A stretch of DNA of 64,000 bases from an uncultured Gammaproteobacteria bacterium (GCA_963837075.1 CAWILY010000001.1:48098-112097), one strand, 5' to 3'. Shown: positions 9,656 to 19,008, numbered from the stretch's first letter. Program-made: numbers and translations. The notes: generated by a model not told the origin, from the sequence alone.

Positions 9656-10611
9656 GCACCCCGCTCGGCTACCTCACCGCGGCCGGGGAGCGCGCAGCCG
9701 CGATCCTGTCGCTCACCTGGTTCACGCTCACTGTATCGATCGTGGTGTGTGTGGTCATCGCCATTCTGCTCTGGGCGGCGGTGCGGCGCGCACGCGTGAG
9801 CGGCGGCGCGGCGCAGATGCGCACCGTACCGCTGCAAGGCGACGCGAGCGGCATGCGCTGGATCGGCGTGGGGCTCCTGATCTCGACGGTGCCGCTCGCC
9901 ATCACTCTGGTGTGGACCATGGTGACACTCGCCGCGGTGGCAGAACCGACCGGCAAACCGGCGCTGGTACTCGATGTCACCGGCCATCAATGGTGGTGGG
10001 AGGTGCAGTACGATGCTGCCGAGCCTGATCAGCTGTTCACGACCGCGAATGAGATCCACATCCCCATCAACACGCGGGTGCTGGTGAGGCTTCACGGCGC
10101 CGATGTCATTCACAGCTTCTGGGTACCGAAGCTGACCGGCAAGACCGATACCATCCCGGGCCAGACCAATGTCAGCTGGATGCAGGCGCGCCGCCCCGGG
10201 CGCTATCTCGGCCAGTGCACTGAGTATTGCGGCTGGCAGCATGCGCACATGGCGCTGGAGGTGGTCGCCGAGAGCCAGCCGGATTTCGAGCGCTGGCGCG
10301 CCCGGCAGCTGCAACCCGCGCAGGCGCCGCAGAGCCCGGCGCAGCAGCGCGGTCTGGCGCTCGTCGAGTTCCGCTGCGGACTGTGTCATCAGGTGCGCGG
10401 CACGATGGCCGGCTCCCACGTGGGGCCTGATCTCACCCACCTCGAAAGTCGCCGCATGATCGCCGCCGGCATGCTGCCGAACAGTCCCGGGACCCTCAGC
10501 GGCTGGATCGAGGACGCGCAGGGGATCAAGCCCGGCAACCAGATGCCCAATCAGACTCTTTCCGCCGAGCAGGTAGGCGATGTGGTCGCGTATCTGGAGA
10601 CGCTGCGGTGA
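9652..10611 (+). CDS. coxB: cytochrome c oxidase subunit II with C-terminal cytochrome c domain
   Basis: Two N-terminal TM helices. CuA site HSFWVPKL...CTEYCGWQHAHM. C-terminal CGLCH haem-c motif. ATGA overlap with ctaG at 9652-9655. Confidence 0.9.
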   Translation: MSTPLGYLTAAGERAAAILSLTWFTLTVSIVVCVVIAILLWAAVRRARVSGGAAQMRTVPLQGDASGMRWIGVGLLISTVPLAITLVWTMVTLAAVAEPTGKPALVLDVTGHQWWWEVQYDAAEPDQLFTTANEIHIPINTRVLVRLHGADVIHSFWVPKLTGKTDTIPGQTNVSWMQARRPGRYLGQCTEYCGWQHAHMALEVVAESQPDFERWRARQLQPAQAPQSPAQQRGLALVEFRCGLCHQVRGTMAGSHVGPDLTHLESRRMIAAGMLPNSPGTLSGWIEDAQGIKPGNQMPNQTLSAEQVGDVVAYLETLR

Positions 10612-12578
10612 ATGAGGATGTGCGCACCCCGACGGTCGGCGTCGACAGCGTCGAGCACGAGGCGCGGCTGCTGCGGCTGTGGGAGGGCGAGCCCGGCATC
10701 AAGGGCTTCTTGAGCACGGTCGATCACAAGAGGATCGGGCTGCGCTACATCCTCACCGCATTCGTGTTTCTCGCCCTCGGCGGCATCGAGGCGCTTCTCA
10801 TGCGGCTGCAGCTCGCCGGACCCAACGTGGCGCTGCTGACGCCGGAGCAGTACGACCAGCTGTTCTCGACCCATGGCATGACCATGATCTTCCTGTATGC
10901 CGGGCCGGTTCTCTCCGGCTTCTCCAACTATCTGTGGCCGCTGCTGCTCGGCAGCCGCGACATGGCGTTCCCGCGCCTGAACGCGCTTGGCTACTGGATC
11001 TACCTGGCCGCGGGGATTTTTCTCTATGTGGGATTCCTCACCGGCAATGGACCGAACGACGGCTGGTTCAACTACGTCCCCTATGCCTCGCGCGACTACA
11101 ACCCGGGGCTGAACGAGGACTTCTATTCACTGGGCATGGTGTTTCTTGGCATCTCCGTCACCGTGGGCGCCGCCAACTTCATCGTCACCGCCATGCGCAC
11201 CCGCGCTCCGGGCATGTCGATCGACCGCCTGCCGATCCTCATCTGGGGGACACTCACCGCCAATGTCGCCAATCTGCTGGTCGTGCCGGCGGTGAGCCTG
11301 GCGTTCTTTCTGCTGTGGATGGACCGGCAGTTCGGCACGCACTTCTTCGATCCCCCCGGCGGTGGCCAGCCGTTGCTGTGGCAGCACCTGTTCTGGATCT
11401 TCGGCCATCCGTGGGTGTACGCCATCGTGCTGCCGGCGATGGGCATGGTATCGGAGGGGCTGCCGGTGTTCTGCCGGCGCCCGCTGGTCGGCTATCCGCT
11501 GGTGGCGCTCTCGACCGTCGCCACCATGATCCTCGGCTTTGGCGTGTGGGTGCATCACATGTTCGCCACCGGCCTTCCGGGGTTGGGGATGTCGTTCTTC
11601 TCCGGCGCCTCGATTGCGATTGTGCTGCCCTCCGCGGCTGCGGTGTTCGCCTGGCTCGCGACCATCTGGCACGGCCGGCCGGTGATCACCAGCGCATTCC
11701 TGTTCTTCTCCTCCATGATCCTGCTATTCGTGATCGGCGGCGTCTCGGGCTTTATGACGGCGAGCGTGCCGGTCGACTGGCAGCTGACCGACACCTACTT
11801 TGTAGTCGCCCACATTCACTACGTGCTGATCGGCATCAACGTATTTCCGGTGATCGGCGCGGCGTACTACTGGTTCCCCAAGATGAGCGGACATCTGCTC
11901 GATGAGCGGCTCGGCCGCTGGAATTTCTGGACGATGTTCATCGGCTTCAATCTGGCGTTTCTCCCGATGCATCTGACGGGACTCCTGGGGATGCCGCGAC
12001 GCGTGTACACCTATGGGCCCGACATGGGCTGGACTACGCTCAATCTCATCACCTCGATCGGCAGCTTCCTGTTCGCCATCGGGGTCCTGCTGTTCTTCGT
12101 GAATGTGGTGAAGAGCTGGCGGGGCGGGGCGGTGGCCGGCGCAAATCCCTGGGACGCACCGACGCTCGAGTGGTCGGTGTCCTCACCCCCGCCGTCCTAC
12201 AACTTCGCCGTCATTCCCACCGTGGCCTCACGGCATCCGCTGTGGGAGGACCGCCTGGCCGAGGGCGGCGAGCAGGCCCTCGCTGCGGGCCGTGCTGCAC
12301 AGGCCGCATCCTCGCTCGATCGCGGGCTGCTGCTCGATAAGGGCAAGGAGACCCTCGGTACGACCGCGCTCGAGGCGAAGCCCGACATGATCCTGGAGAT
12401 GCCTGAGGACAGCTCCGCGCCCTTGCTGCTCGCTGTCGGTACGGCGCTCACCTTCAGCGCACTGATCCTGCGCAGCTGGTGGCTGACCGGCGGGGGACTG
12501 CTGCTGAGCGCGCTCGCGCTGCTCCTCTGGCTGTGGCCGCGGCGCGAGCTGCGTGAGCGCGAGCTGGCCCATGGCTGA
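10608..12578 (+). CDS. coxA: cytochrome c oxidase subunit I
   Basis: WIFGHPWVY, WVHHMFATG and HYVLIG signatures in a 12-TM core with a C-terminal extension. GTGA overlap with coxB at 10608-10611. Confidence 0.95.
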   Translation: MNEDVRTPTVGVDSVEHEARLLRLWEGEPGIKGFLSTVDHKRIGLRYILTAFVFLALGGIEALLMRLQLAGPNVALLTPEQYDQLFSTHGMTMIFLYAGPVLSGFSNYLWPLLLGSRDMAFPRLNALGYWIYLAAGIFLYVGFLTGNGPNDGWFNYVPYASRDYNPGLNEDFYSLGMVFLGISVTVGAANFIVTAMRTRAPGMSIDRLPILIWGTLTANVANLLVVPAVSLAFFLLWMDRQFGTHFFDPPGGGQPLLWQHLFWIFGHPWVYAIVLPAMGMVSEGLPVFCRRPLVGYPLVALSTVATMILGFGVWVHHMFATGLPGLGMSFFSGASIAIVLPSAAAVFAWLATIWHGRPVITSAFLFFSSMILLFVIGGVSGFMTASVPVDWQLTDTYFVVAHIHYVLIGINVFPVIGAAYYWFPKMSGHLLDERLGRWNFWTMFIGFNLAFLPMHLTGLLGMPRRVYTYGPDMGWTTLNLITSIGSFLFAIGVLLFFVNVVKSWRGGAVAGANPWDAPTLEWSVSSPPPSYNFAVIPTVASRHPLWEDRLAEGGEQALAAGRAAQAASSLDRGLLLDKGKETLGTTALEAKPDMILEMPEDSSAPLLLAVGTALTFSALILRSWWLTGGGLLLSALALLLWLWPRRELRERELAHG

Positions 12579-13182
12579 GCTCGCCATTGCGCGACCGCGG
12601 CAACTGCCGGTCGGACCGCTCGGCCGACGGGGCCTCGGACTCTGGGGGGTCGGTACGTTGATCGCGACCGAGGCGGCGCTATTTGCTTACCTGCTGTTCT
12701 CATACTTCTATACCTGCGCGACGGCGCCGCCCGCATGGCTGCTCGAGCCGCGGCCGTCTCTGAAGCTGGCGCTTCCCAATACCATCCTGTTGCTTGCCTC
12801 GAGCTTCGTCGCCTGGTGGGGCGAGCGCGGCATCCTCACGCGCCAGCGCACGCAGGCGCTCCTCGGCTTCGGCGGCGCGTTCGTGATGGGCTCGGTATTC
12901 GCGCTGGTGCAGTGCTACGAGTGGTATGCGAAGCCCTTCCGTATCGGCACCTCCAGCTACGGCTCACTTTATTTCGTCACCACCGGCTTTCACATGGCAC
13001 ACGTGCTGGTCGGCCTGCTGGTACTCGCCGCCATCTTCGCCTGGACCGCGCTCGATTACTTCAGCCCGCGTCGTCGGCTGTCGATATCTGCCGGGGTGTT
13101 CTACTGGCATTTCGTTGACGTCGTTTGGCTGTTCGTGTTTGCCACCTATTACATGAGTCCTTACCTGGGCTTCGGACAATGA
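12571..13182 (+). CDS. coxC: cytochrome c oxidase subunit III family protein
   Basis: Five-TM protein with YFVTTGFHMAHVLVG and YWHFVDVVWLFVF motifs. The ATG at 12571 overlaps the coxA stop (ATGGCTGA). Confidence 0.8.
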   Translation: MAELAIARPRQLPVGPLGRRGLGLWGVGTLIATEAALFAYLLFSYFYTCATAPPAWLLEPRPSLKLALPNTILLLASSFVAWWGERGILTRQRTQALLGFGGAFVMGSVFALVQCYEWYAKPFRIGTSSYGSLYFVTTGFHMAHVLVGLLVLAAIFAWTALDYFSPRRRLSISAGVFYWHFVDVVWLFVFATYYMSPYLGFGQ

Positions 13183-13631
13183 GCGCCACCGAGCCAACGA
13201 GACGCGACCCGCCTGAGGAGCTGCAACGCAGCCGGCCCGGGCGAGCGCGCCACGTCTTCGGCCTCGCCGGCGGTCCGGCGGCGTGGTTCGTGCAGCTTTG
13301 TCTGGGTGATCTGCTGGCGAGCGGGCCGTGCTTCCGAGGCGTGCAGCGCCATCTCGCTCCGCCGAGCTCGCTCGCGTGGACGACGCCGACCATGCCCGCG
13401 CTCATGGTGCTGTGTGCGCTGATTGCGCTCGTTGCCTGCTGGGTTTCCTGGAGCCGTTACCGGCACGTCCCCGCGCCGGCCGCGCCCAGCGATCGCGGCG
13501 GCTTACCGGACACGCACGCCGGCAGTACCCGCTTCCTCGCGCTGTGGGGCATGGTTCTCGGAGCTGGTTTCTGCGTTGCCACGCTCCTCACCGCGGTGGC
13601 GTTCCTCACGCTGCCGCGCTGTGCGGGCTGA
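13179..13631 (+). CDS. small membrane protein of unknown function, co-translated with the oxidase genes
   Basis: ATGA overlap with coxC at 13179-13182. Two clear hydrophobic helices (ALMVLCALIALVACWVSW and FLALWGMVLGAGFCVATLLTAVAFL). No family recognised. Confidence 0.5.
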   Translation: MSATEPTRRDPPEELQRSRPGRARHVFGLAGGPAAWFVQLCLGDLLASGPCFRGVQRHLAPPSSLAWTTPTMPALMVLCALIALVACWVSWSRYRHVPAPAAPSDRGGLPDTHAGSTRFLALWGMVLGAGFCVATLLTAVAFLTLPRCAG

Positions 13632-13647
13632 AGGTCAGGACGATCCT

Positions 13648-15519
13648 ATGAGCCGCGAAACACCGATGCTTCTCCTGCTGCTGGCGAGCGGCATCGCACT
13701 CGCTCAAACGATCCCGGCGCCGGTGTCGCAGGATGAGGTGTTCTCGCGCGAGGCCATCGGGCACGCGCTTGCCGCGCCCACACCCCAGGCCGGCCGCACG
13801 ACTGCGAGCGCGGCCAACGCGCCGCCGGACGATGGGCAGTGGACAATGCCATCGAAGAACTATGCCTCGACCCGGTTCTCCGCGCTCACCGAGCTCACTA
13901 CCCAGAATGTGCGGGGCCTGGTGCCGCAGTTCTCCTTTTCGCTCGCGGTGAACAAGGGCCAGGAGGCAGCGCCGATCGTCGCGGACAACACGATGTACAT
14001 CGTTACCGCGTATCCGAATTACGTGTACGCGCTCGATCTCACCAGGCCCGGCGCACCGCTGAAGTGGAAGTTCTCTCCGCACCCTCTGCTGGCGAGCCAG
14101 GGCGTGGCGTGCTGCGATGTGGTGAACCGCGGCGGGACCGTCAGTCACGGCATGTACATTTTCAACACCCTCGATGGTCAGACGATTGCGCTCGATGTGA
14201 GGACCGGCACGGCGGTGTGGCGCACGCGGCTCGGCAACATCAATCTCGGGGAAACCCTCACCATGGCGCCGCTGGTGGCGGACGGGCGCGTTTACGTCGG
14301 GGACTCCGGCGGCGAGATGGGCGTGCGTGGCTGGATCGCAGCACTGAATGAGGACAGCGGCAAGCTGCTGTGGAAGGCCTATAACACCGGCCCCGACCGC
14401 GAAGTGCTGATCGGGCCGCAGTTCACGCCCTACTATGCCTCGGACCGCGGCAGCGACCTCGGCATCACCTCCTGGCCGCCGCAGGCGTGGAAGATCGGCG
14501 GCGGCACCGTATGGGGGTGGGCGACGTACGATGCTGAGCTGAATACGCTGTATTACGGCGTCGCCAATCCGGGGCCGTGGAATGCGGATCAGCGTCCGGG
14601 CGACAACAAGTGGACCGCGGGCATCTTCGCACGCGATCCGGCGAATGGCGCGGCGCGCTGGTACTACCAATTCAATCCGCACGACGAGCACGACTACGAC
14701 GGCGTCAACGAGCAGCTGCTCCTCGACATGCCCTTCGGCGGTAGCATGCACAAGGTGCTGGTCCACCTCGATCGAAATGGCTACGTGTACGTCATCGACC
14801 GCACCAACGGCCAGGTCCTGTCCGCCGATCCTTATGGCCCGGTCAACTCCTCCAAGGGGGTGGATCTCACGACCGGACGTCTCATCATCAATCCGGAAAA
14901 AGAGACCCGGCTTGGCAAGGAGGTCCGCGACATCTGCCCGACCGCTTCAGGCGCGAAGGACTGGAACCCGACGAGCTTCAGCCCGCAGACCGGGCTCCTC
15001 TATATCCCGCATGAGAACCTGTGCATGGACTGGATCAGCATGCAGGTCAACTACATTGCGGGTACCCCCTACGTGGGGGCGGACGTGCACATGAAGCCCG
15101 GTCCCGGCGGCCATCGCGGCCAGCTCACCGCCTGGGATCCGGTGCAACGCCGACCAGTCTGGATCGTCAAGGAGAACTTTCCGCTCTGGTCCGGAACGAT
15201 GGCGACCGCGGGCGGCTTGGTTTTTTACGGGACGATGGATGGCTGGTTCAAGGCGGTCGATGCCCGCAATGGCGAGCTGCTCTGGAAGTACAAGGTTGAC
15301 AGCGGAATCATCAGCCAGCCGGTGAGCTATCGCGGACCCGACGGACATCAGTACATCGCGGTGCTCTCGGGCGTCGGCGGCTGGGCCGGCGCGGTGGTGT
15401 CCGGACCGGTCGATCCGCGCGATGGCTCCGCCGCGCTCGGGATGGTGAATGCCATGTCCGATCTGCCCAAGTACACCACCGCCGGAGGAAACCTCTATGT
15501 CTTTGCGCTCCCGCATTGA
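13648..15519 (+). CDS. PQQ-dependent dehydrogenase, methanol/ethanol family, lanthanide-type (XoxF/PedH-like)
   Basis: Signal peptide MSRETPMLLLLLASGIALAQ. Vicinal disulfide GVACCDVVNRG. Repeated W-motifs. HDEHDYDGVNE contains the Asp-x-Asp pair. Start is the ATG at 13648, 16 nt after the upstream stop. Confidence 0.9.
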   Translation: MSRETPMLLLLLASGIALAQTIPAPVSQDEVFSREAIGHALAAPTPQAGRTTASAANAPPDDGQWTMPSKNYASTRFSALTELTTQNVRGLVPQFSFSLAVNKGQEAAPIVADNTMYIVTAYPNYVYALDLTRPGAPLKWKFSPHPLLASQGVACCDVVNRGGTVSHGMYIFNTLDGQTIALDVRTGTAVWRTRLGNINLGETLTMAPLVADGRVYVGDSGGEMGVRGWIAALNEDSGKLLWKAYNTGPDREVLIGPQFTPYYASDRGSDLGITSWPPQAWKIGGGTVWGWATYDAELNTLYYGVANPGPWNADQRPGDNKWTAGIFARDPANGAARWYYQFNPHDEHDYDGVNEQLLLDMPFGGSMHKVLVHLDRNGYVYVIDRTNGQVLSADPYGPVNSSKGVDLTTGRLIINPEKETRLGKEVRDICPTASGAKDWNPTSFSPQTGLLYIPHENLCMDWISMQVNYIAGTPYVGADVHMKPGPGGHRGQLTAWDPVQRRPVWIVKENFPLWSGTMATAGGLVFYGTMDGWFKAVDARNGELLWKYKVDSGIISQPVSYRGPDGHQYIAVLSGVGGWAGAVVSGPVDPRDGSAALGMVNAMSDLPKYTTAGGNLYVFALPH

Positions 15520-16078
15520 GCTTGCGGCCGCGGCGCTGCTGCTCGCCGCCTGTCACCGGGGTCATCAAGCCGCCCAGGCGATCGCGACCGAGCCGCCGGT
15601 GGAGGCGGGCGTCGTGACCTCGGCGCTGGTGCCCGGCTACAGTTACAGCGCCTCGACCGTGGATCCGCGTGCCGCTCCCTACTACGACAACGCGGCGGCG
15701 GTGATGGAGGGCAAGCGGCTCTTCGGCCAGTACAACTGCTCCGGCTGCCATTCCAACGGTGGCGGGGGCATGGGCCCTGATCTGATGGACAATCAGTGGA
15801 TTTACGGCGACCGCCTCGAGCAGATACATCAGACGCTCGTCGAGGGCCGCCCGAACGGCATGCCGGCCTGGGGCGGCAAGATCCCGGACCCGCACCTTTG
15901 GGAGCTGGCCGTCTACGTGCGCTCGATGTCGCTGCCCCAGACGATTGCCGCCGACACCGGGGCGACCCCCTCGCAGTCGCCCGCCACGGTGCCGCGGGAG
16001 GCCGAGCAGGACGCCGGCTGGTCGCCTCCGCCGGACACCACCAACGACTACGGCACGACGCTCAAGGGTCCCTCGTGA
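15497..16078 (+). CDS. mono-haem c-type cytochrome (candidate electron acceptor of the dehydrogenase)
   Basis: Lipoprotein-like leader LLLAAC. CSGCH haem motif followed by GMPAW Met-ligand region. The ATG at 15497 overlaps the dehydrogenase 3' end by 23 nt. Confidence 0.8.
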   Translation: MSLRSRIELAAAALLLAACHRGHQAAQAIATEPPVEAGVVTSALVPGYSYSASTVDPRAAPYYDNAAAVMEGKRLFGQYNCSGCHSNGGGGMGPDLMDNQWIYGDRLEQIHQTLVEGRPNGMPAWGGKIPDPHLWELAVYVRSMSLPQTIAADTGATPSQSPATVPREAEQDAGWSPPPDTTNDYGTTLKGPS

Positions 16079-16866
16079 AGCGGCGGCAGCCAATGCTTGC
16101 AATGCTCGCGGCGTTTGCAGCGTTTGCGGCGCAGGCCATGGGCCCGGCGTCGGCGCTGGTGGTGTGCGCTGACCCCAACAATCTGCCGTACTCCAACCGC
16201 GACCAACAGGGATTCGAGAACAAGCTTGTGCAAATGCTGGCCCGCGATCTGCACACGCGCGTGCAGTACCTGTGGTGGGCGCAGCGTCGTGGCTTCGCCC
16301 GTAACACACTCGGCGGATCCCGCTGCGACCTGTGGCCGGGAGTGGTGCAGGGGCTGACGAGCATGAGCACCTCGCATCCGTACTATCGCTCGACGTATGT
16401 GTTCGTGACGCGCGCGGGCCGCGCGCTGCAGGGGCTGTCGCTCGATGATACGCGTCTGCGCACGCTCGTGATCGGCGTGCAGCTGGTCGGCTACGATGCG
16501 ATGAATACCCCGCCCGCCCAAGCGCTCGCGCGGCGCGGCCTCACGCAGAACATCCGCGGCTATATGCTCTTCGGAGATTACAGCCGGCCCAATCCATCAT
16601 CGGCCATCGTCGAGGCGGTCGCCCGCGGCGACATCGATGTCGCGCTCGTCTGGGGCCCGCTCGCCGGCTACTTCGCCGCCCGCGCGGCGGTGCCGTTGCG
16701 ACTCGAGCCGGTGCCGAGAGATGGCGCACTCGATATGGCGTACGACATCTCGGTAGGCGTACGGCGCGATGACACCGCTCTGCAGCAGCGCATCGATGCT
16801 GCGTTGCAGGCCGAGCAGCCGGCGATCGCCGCACTGCTGCGTCAGTATCGCGTTCCGCAGCCCTAA
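16075..16866 (+). CDS. quinoprotein-dehydrogenase-associated periplasmic substrate-binding protein (MxaJ/XoxJ-like)
   Basis: LVVCADPNNLPYSN...GFENKL...HPYYRSTYVF...GDIDVALVWGPLAGYF matches the MoxJ-type binding-protein family. GTGA overlap at 16075-16078 (alternative ATG at 16093). Confidence 0.8.
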   Translation: MKRRQPMLAMLAAFAAFAAQAMGPASALVVCADPNNLPYSNRDQQGFENKLVQMLARDLHTRVQYLWWAQRRGFARNTLGGSRCDLWPGVVQGLTSMSTSHPYYRSTYVFVTRAGRALQGLSLDDTRLRTLVIGVQLVGYDAMNTPPAQALARRGLTQNIRGYMLFGDYSRPNPSSAIVEAVARGDIDVALVWGPLAGYFAARAAVPLRLEPVPRDGALDMAYDISVGVRRDDTALQQRIDAALQAEQPAIAALLRQYRVPQP

Positions 16867-16889
16867 GCGTACCAGAGGTGGCGCGACCT

Positions 16890-16916
16890 CCCGCGGATAT
16901 GATGCCGCGGCTTTTT
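16890..16916. terminator. hairpin plus T-run between convergent genes
   Basis: cCCGCGG-atatgatg-CCGCGG followed by cttttt, 24 nt after the xoxJ-like stop. The T-run overlaps the stop of the convergent 16915-17475 gene. Confidence 0.5.
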
Positions 16917-17475
16917 ACGGCTTTCTCTCAGGCTGAGACGGCTCTCGCGCATGCGGACGGCGGCCGCTTGGTCGCACCTGCTCGTTCGCGCCGATCACGC
17001 CGGCCGGAGCGCCGGTCGCCGCGGCCTTCAAGGTTGCATACAGGTACGAAGTCCACCCTGGCGCAATCCAATATTCTGCGCGGTCGATCTCCACTCTTAG
17101 CAAGCCCAGCCGCTCATCACCCGGTCCTTCTGGGTAGTAGGCGCGCTGCTCCACCTGCCAAAGCTCCTGCGCCTTGTGCGGATCGCGCCGCACCGTGCCC
17201 ACACCGCTCACGGCAACGTAGCAATAAGCCGCCGTATCGGCATACCCCAGGCTGATCCGCGTATCCTCGCGCAGTTCGTCCGCCTTGCTACTGCGCACAT
17301 CCGTAAAAAACCACAGCGTCCCATCGTCCTCGACTCGCAGCGTCTGCACAGGCCGTGTATGGAACGCGCCGTCGCGGCCGAGGGTAGTCAGCAGCGCGAC
17401 GCGGATGTGGCGGATGAGATCCAGCACCTTGGGCAGCTCACCTCGCGGCACGGCCGCTGCGGACTCATGCGTCAT
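16915..17475 (-). CDS. pyridoxamine 5'-phosphate oxidase family protein (general stress protein 26-like)
   Basis: IRVALLTTLGRDGAFHTRPV...DGTLWFFTDVRSSKADEL...DPHKAQELW pattern. Start set at MTHES. Confidence 0.8.
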   Translation of the reverse strand: MTHESAAAVPRGELPKVLDLIRHIRVALLTTLGRDGAFHTRPVQTLRVEDDGTLWFFTDVRSSKADELREDTRISLGYADTAAYCYVAVSGVGTVRRDPHKAQELWQVEQRAYYPEGPGDERLGLLRVEIDRAEYWIAPGWTSYLYATLKAAATGAPAGVIGANEQVRPSGRRPHAREPSQPERKP

Positions 17476-17613
17476 GAGCGTTTCCCGGCCGCGAATCAAT
17501 GTGCACGGTTGAGTCGTCCGATGCCGCTTCGGGGCATCGTTCCAGCAGCGCGAGCCGCCGTCTTGTCAAAGACGCAGCACAAGTCGCCGAGCCACTGCCA
17601 TACCTCTGCATGG

Positions 17614-18660
17614 TCAGTTCGCGCGCAGGAATCGCACCAGTGCCCGCTCGCCGCGCCGCCCGCTAACGTGCGTTAGGTGGTGAAAGTGGCGCCGGAGCGT
17701 GCCTTTTTCCCAGGCGACGAACACCTCAGGGTTGACGTACGACTTCCGGCACACCGCCGGCGTATTGCGCAGCAGCTTGGCCACGTTCTTAAGCACCCGG
17801 GCGCAGGCGCGGCGCGCCGCAGAGCGGCTGAGCGGCTGCGGGACGGGCAGCGACCTGAGTAGCTCGATCGCGTGCACCGTCGCATGCCAGGTGCGGAAGT
17901 CCTTGGCCGTGAACTCGCCACCCATGGTTTCGCATAGGTAGTCATTCACCATGCCCGAGTCGACCGCGTGACGGTTGCCCTTGGCGTCCAGGTACTGGAA
18001 CAGATGCTGACCAGGCAACGCATGACAACGACGCACGATTTGTACGATGCGCTTCTGATCCACCACGATCTCGTGCCGCACACCGTTTTTGCCAGCAAAG
18101 TCCAGGATTGCCCGGCCGCCGCGCGCGAAGCTGACGTGCCGGTTGCGCAGGGTCGTAATGCCGAAGCTGTGGTTGACGCGCGCATATTCAGCGTTGCCGA
18201 TGCGCGCCGCCGAGGTACTCAACAACGTCACGACGCACGCCATTACTTTCCCGCGCGGTAGTCCCGACAGCGCCAGATCGTGTTTCAGCCTACTGCGCAG
18301 CGCTGGCAGCGCCGCCACGAACGCCGCCATGCGGTCGAACTTGGCGCAGTCACGCGCGGCACGCCACGCCTGGTGGTAGCGGTATTGCTTGCGGCCACGC
18401 GCATCCCGACCCGTGGCCTGCAAATGACCGCGCGGTGTCCGGCAGATCCACACGTCACGGTAGGCGGGCGGGACCGCAAGCGCGTTGATGCGCCGCAGAG
18501 TCTGCGCGTCGCGGATGGCACGGCGTCGCGGTGACAGATACTGAAATGAGTTTCCCACCCGACGACGCGCAATCCCGGGCATGGTATCGCTCACATACGC
18601 CAGACCGGCTCGCCGCGCCGCGTACGCCATGTGTTTGGAAACATCGGGGGCGTCTGTCAT
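17614..18660 (-). CDS. DNA topoisomerase IB
   Basis: YVSDTMPGIARRRVGNSFQY, PPAYRDVWIC, ATGRDARGRKQYRYH, GITTLRNRHV and the C-terminal CRKSYV active-site Tyr region. Start set at MTDAPDV (cat at 18658-18660). Confidence 0.85.
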   Translation of the reverse strand: MTDAPDVSKHMAYAARRAGLAYVSDTMPGIARRRVGNSFQYLSPRRRAIRDAQTLRRINALAVPPAYRDVWICRTPRGHLQATGRDARGRKQYRYHQAWRAARDCAKFDRMAAFVAALPALRSRLKHDLALSGLPRGKVMACVVTLLSTSAARIGNAEYARVNHSFGITTLRNRHVSFARGGRAILDFAGKNGVRHEIVVDQKRIVQIVRRCHALPGQHLFQYLDAKGNRHAVDSGMVNDYLCETMGGEFTAKDFRTWHATVHAIELLRSLPVPQPLSRSAARRACARVLKNVAKLLRNTPAVCRKSYVNPEVFVAWEKGTLRRHFHHLTHVSGRRGERALVRFLRAN

Positions 18661-18846
18661 GAACTCGCGGCCTTGGCCGTTTCGGATGTGGTAATTGCGT
18701 GGAGGCGAGTATTTCTGCGCGACCCTGCATCTGCCCATCCGTGGGCACGACAGGTGTACGTCGGCTAGACCCGTCAAGGCTGTCAGCCGGCGCTGACGGA
18801 AGCCATATAGATGTCATCGATGCGTCGTGCGCAAAGCCAGTGCGAG

Positions 18847-18942
18847 CACGTCACGGGACTTCGGTTTCAGCACGGAACCCACTTTCTTCGGTGGCGACCC
18901 GACAAACCCCGACGGCAATGCACCTTTGATCAGCTGAAGCAG
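18847..18942 (+). pseudogene. orphan C-terminal stub of a second ATP-dependent DNA ligase
   Basis: HVTGLRFQHGTHFLRWRPDKPRRQCTFDQLKQ aligns residue for residue with the end of the 5083-6117 ligase (QVTAERFRHGTRFRRWRPDKTPQQCTLSQLRR). No ligase-like sequence lies upstream, where the topoisomerase gene sits. Confidence 0.55.
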
Positions 18943-19008
18943 GGAGCGAGACTGGCGGATCGCCGGCCACTTCTCTGTTTTTGGCGCCGACTGAAAAGTG
19001 GCTTAATT

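Noticed and set aside
13606-16309. Antisense ORFs of 386 aa and 332 aa opposite the PQQ dehydrogenase and cytochrome c genes
   Set aside because: They lie opposite strongly supported genes, have low-complexity Arg/Gly/His-rich products, and match no family.
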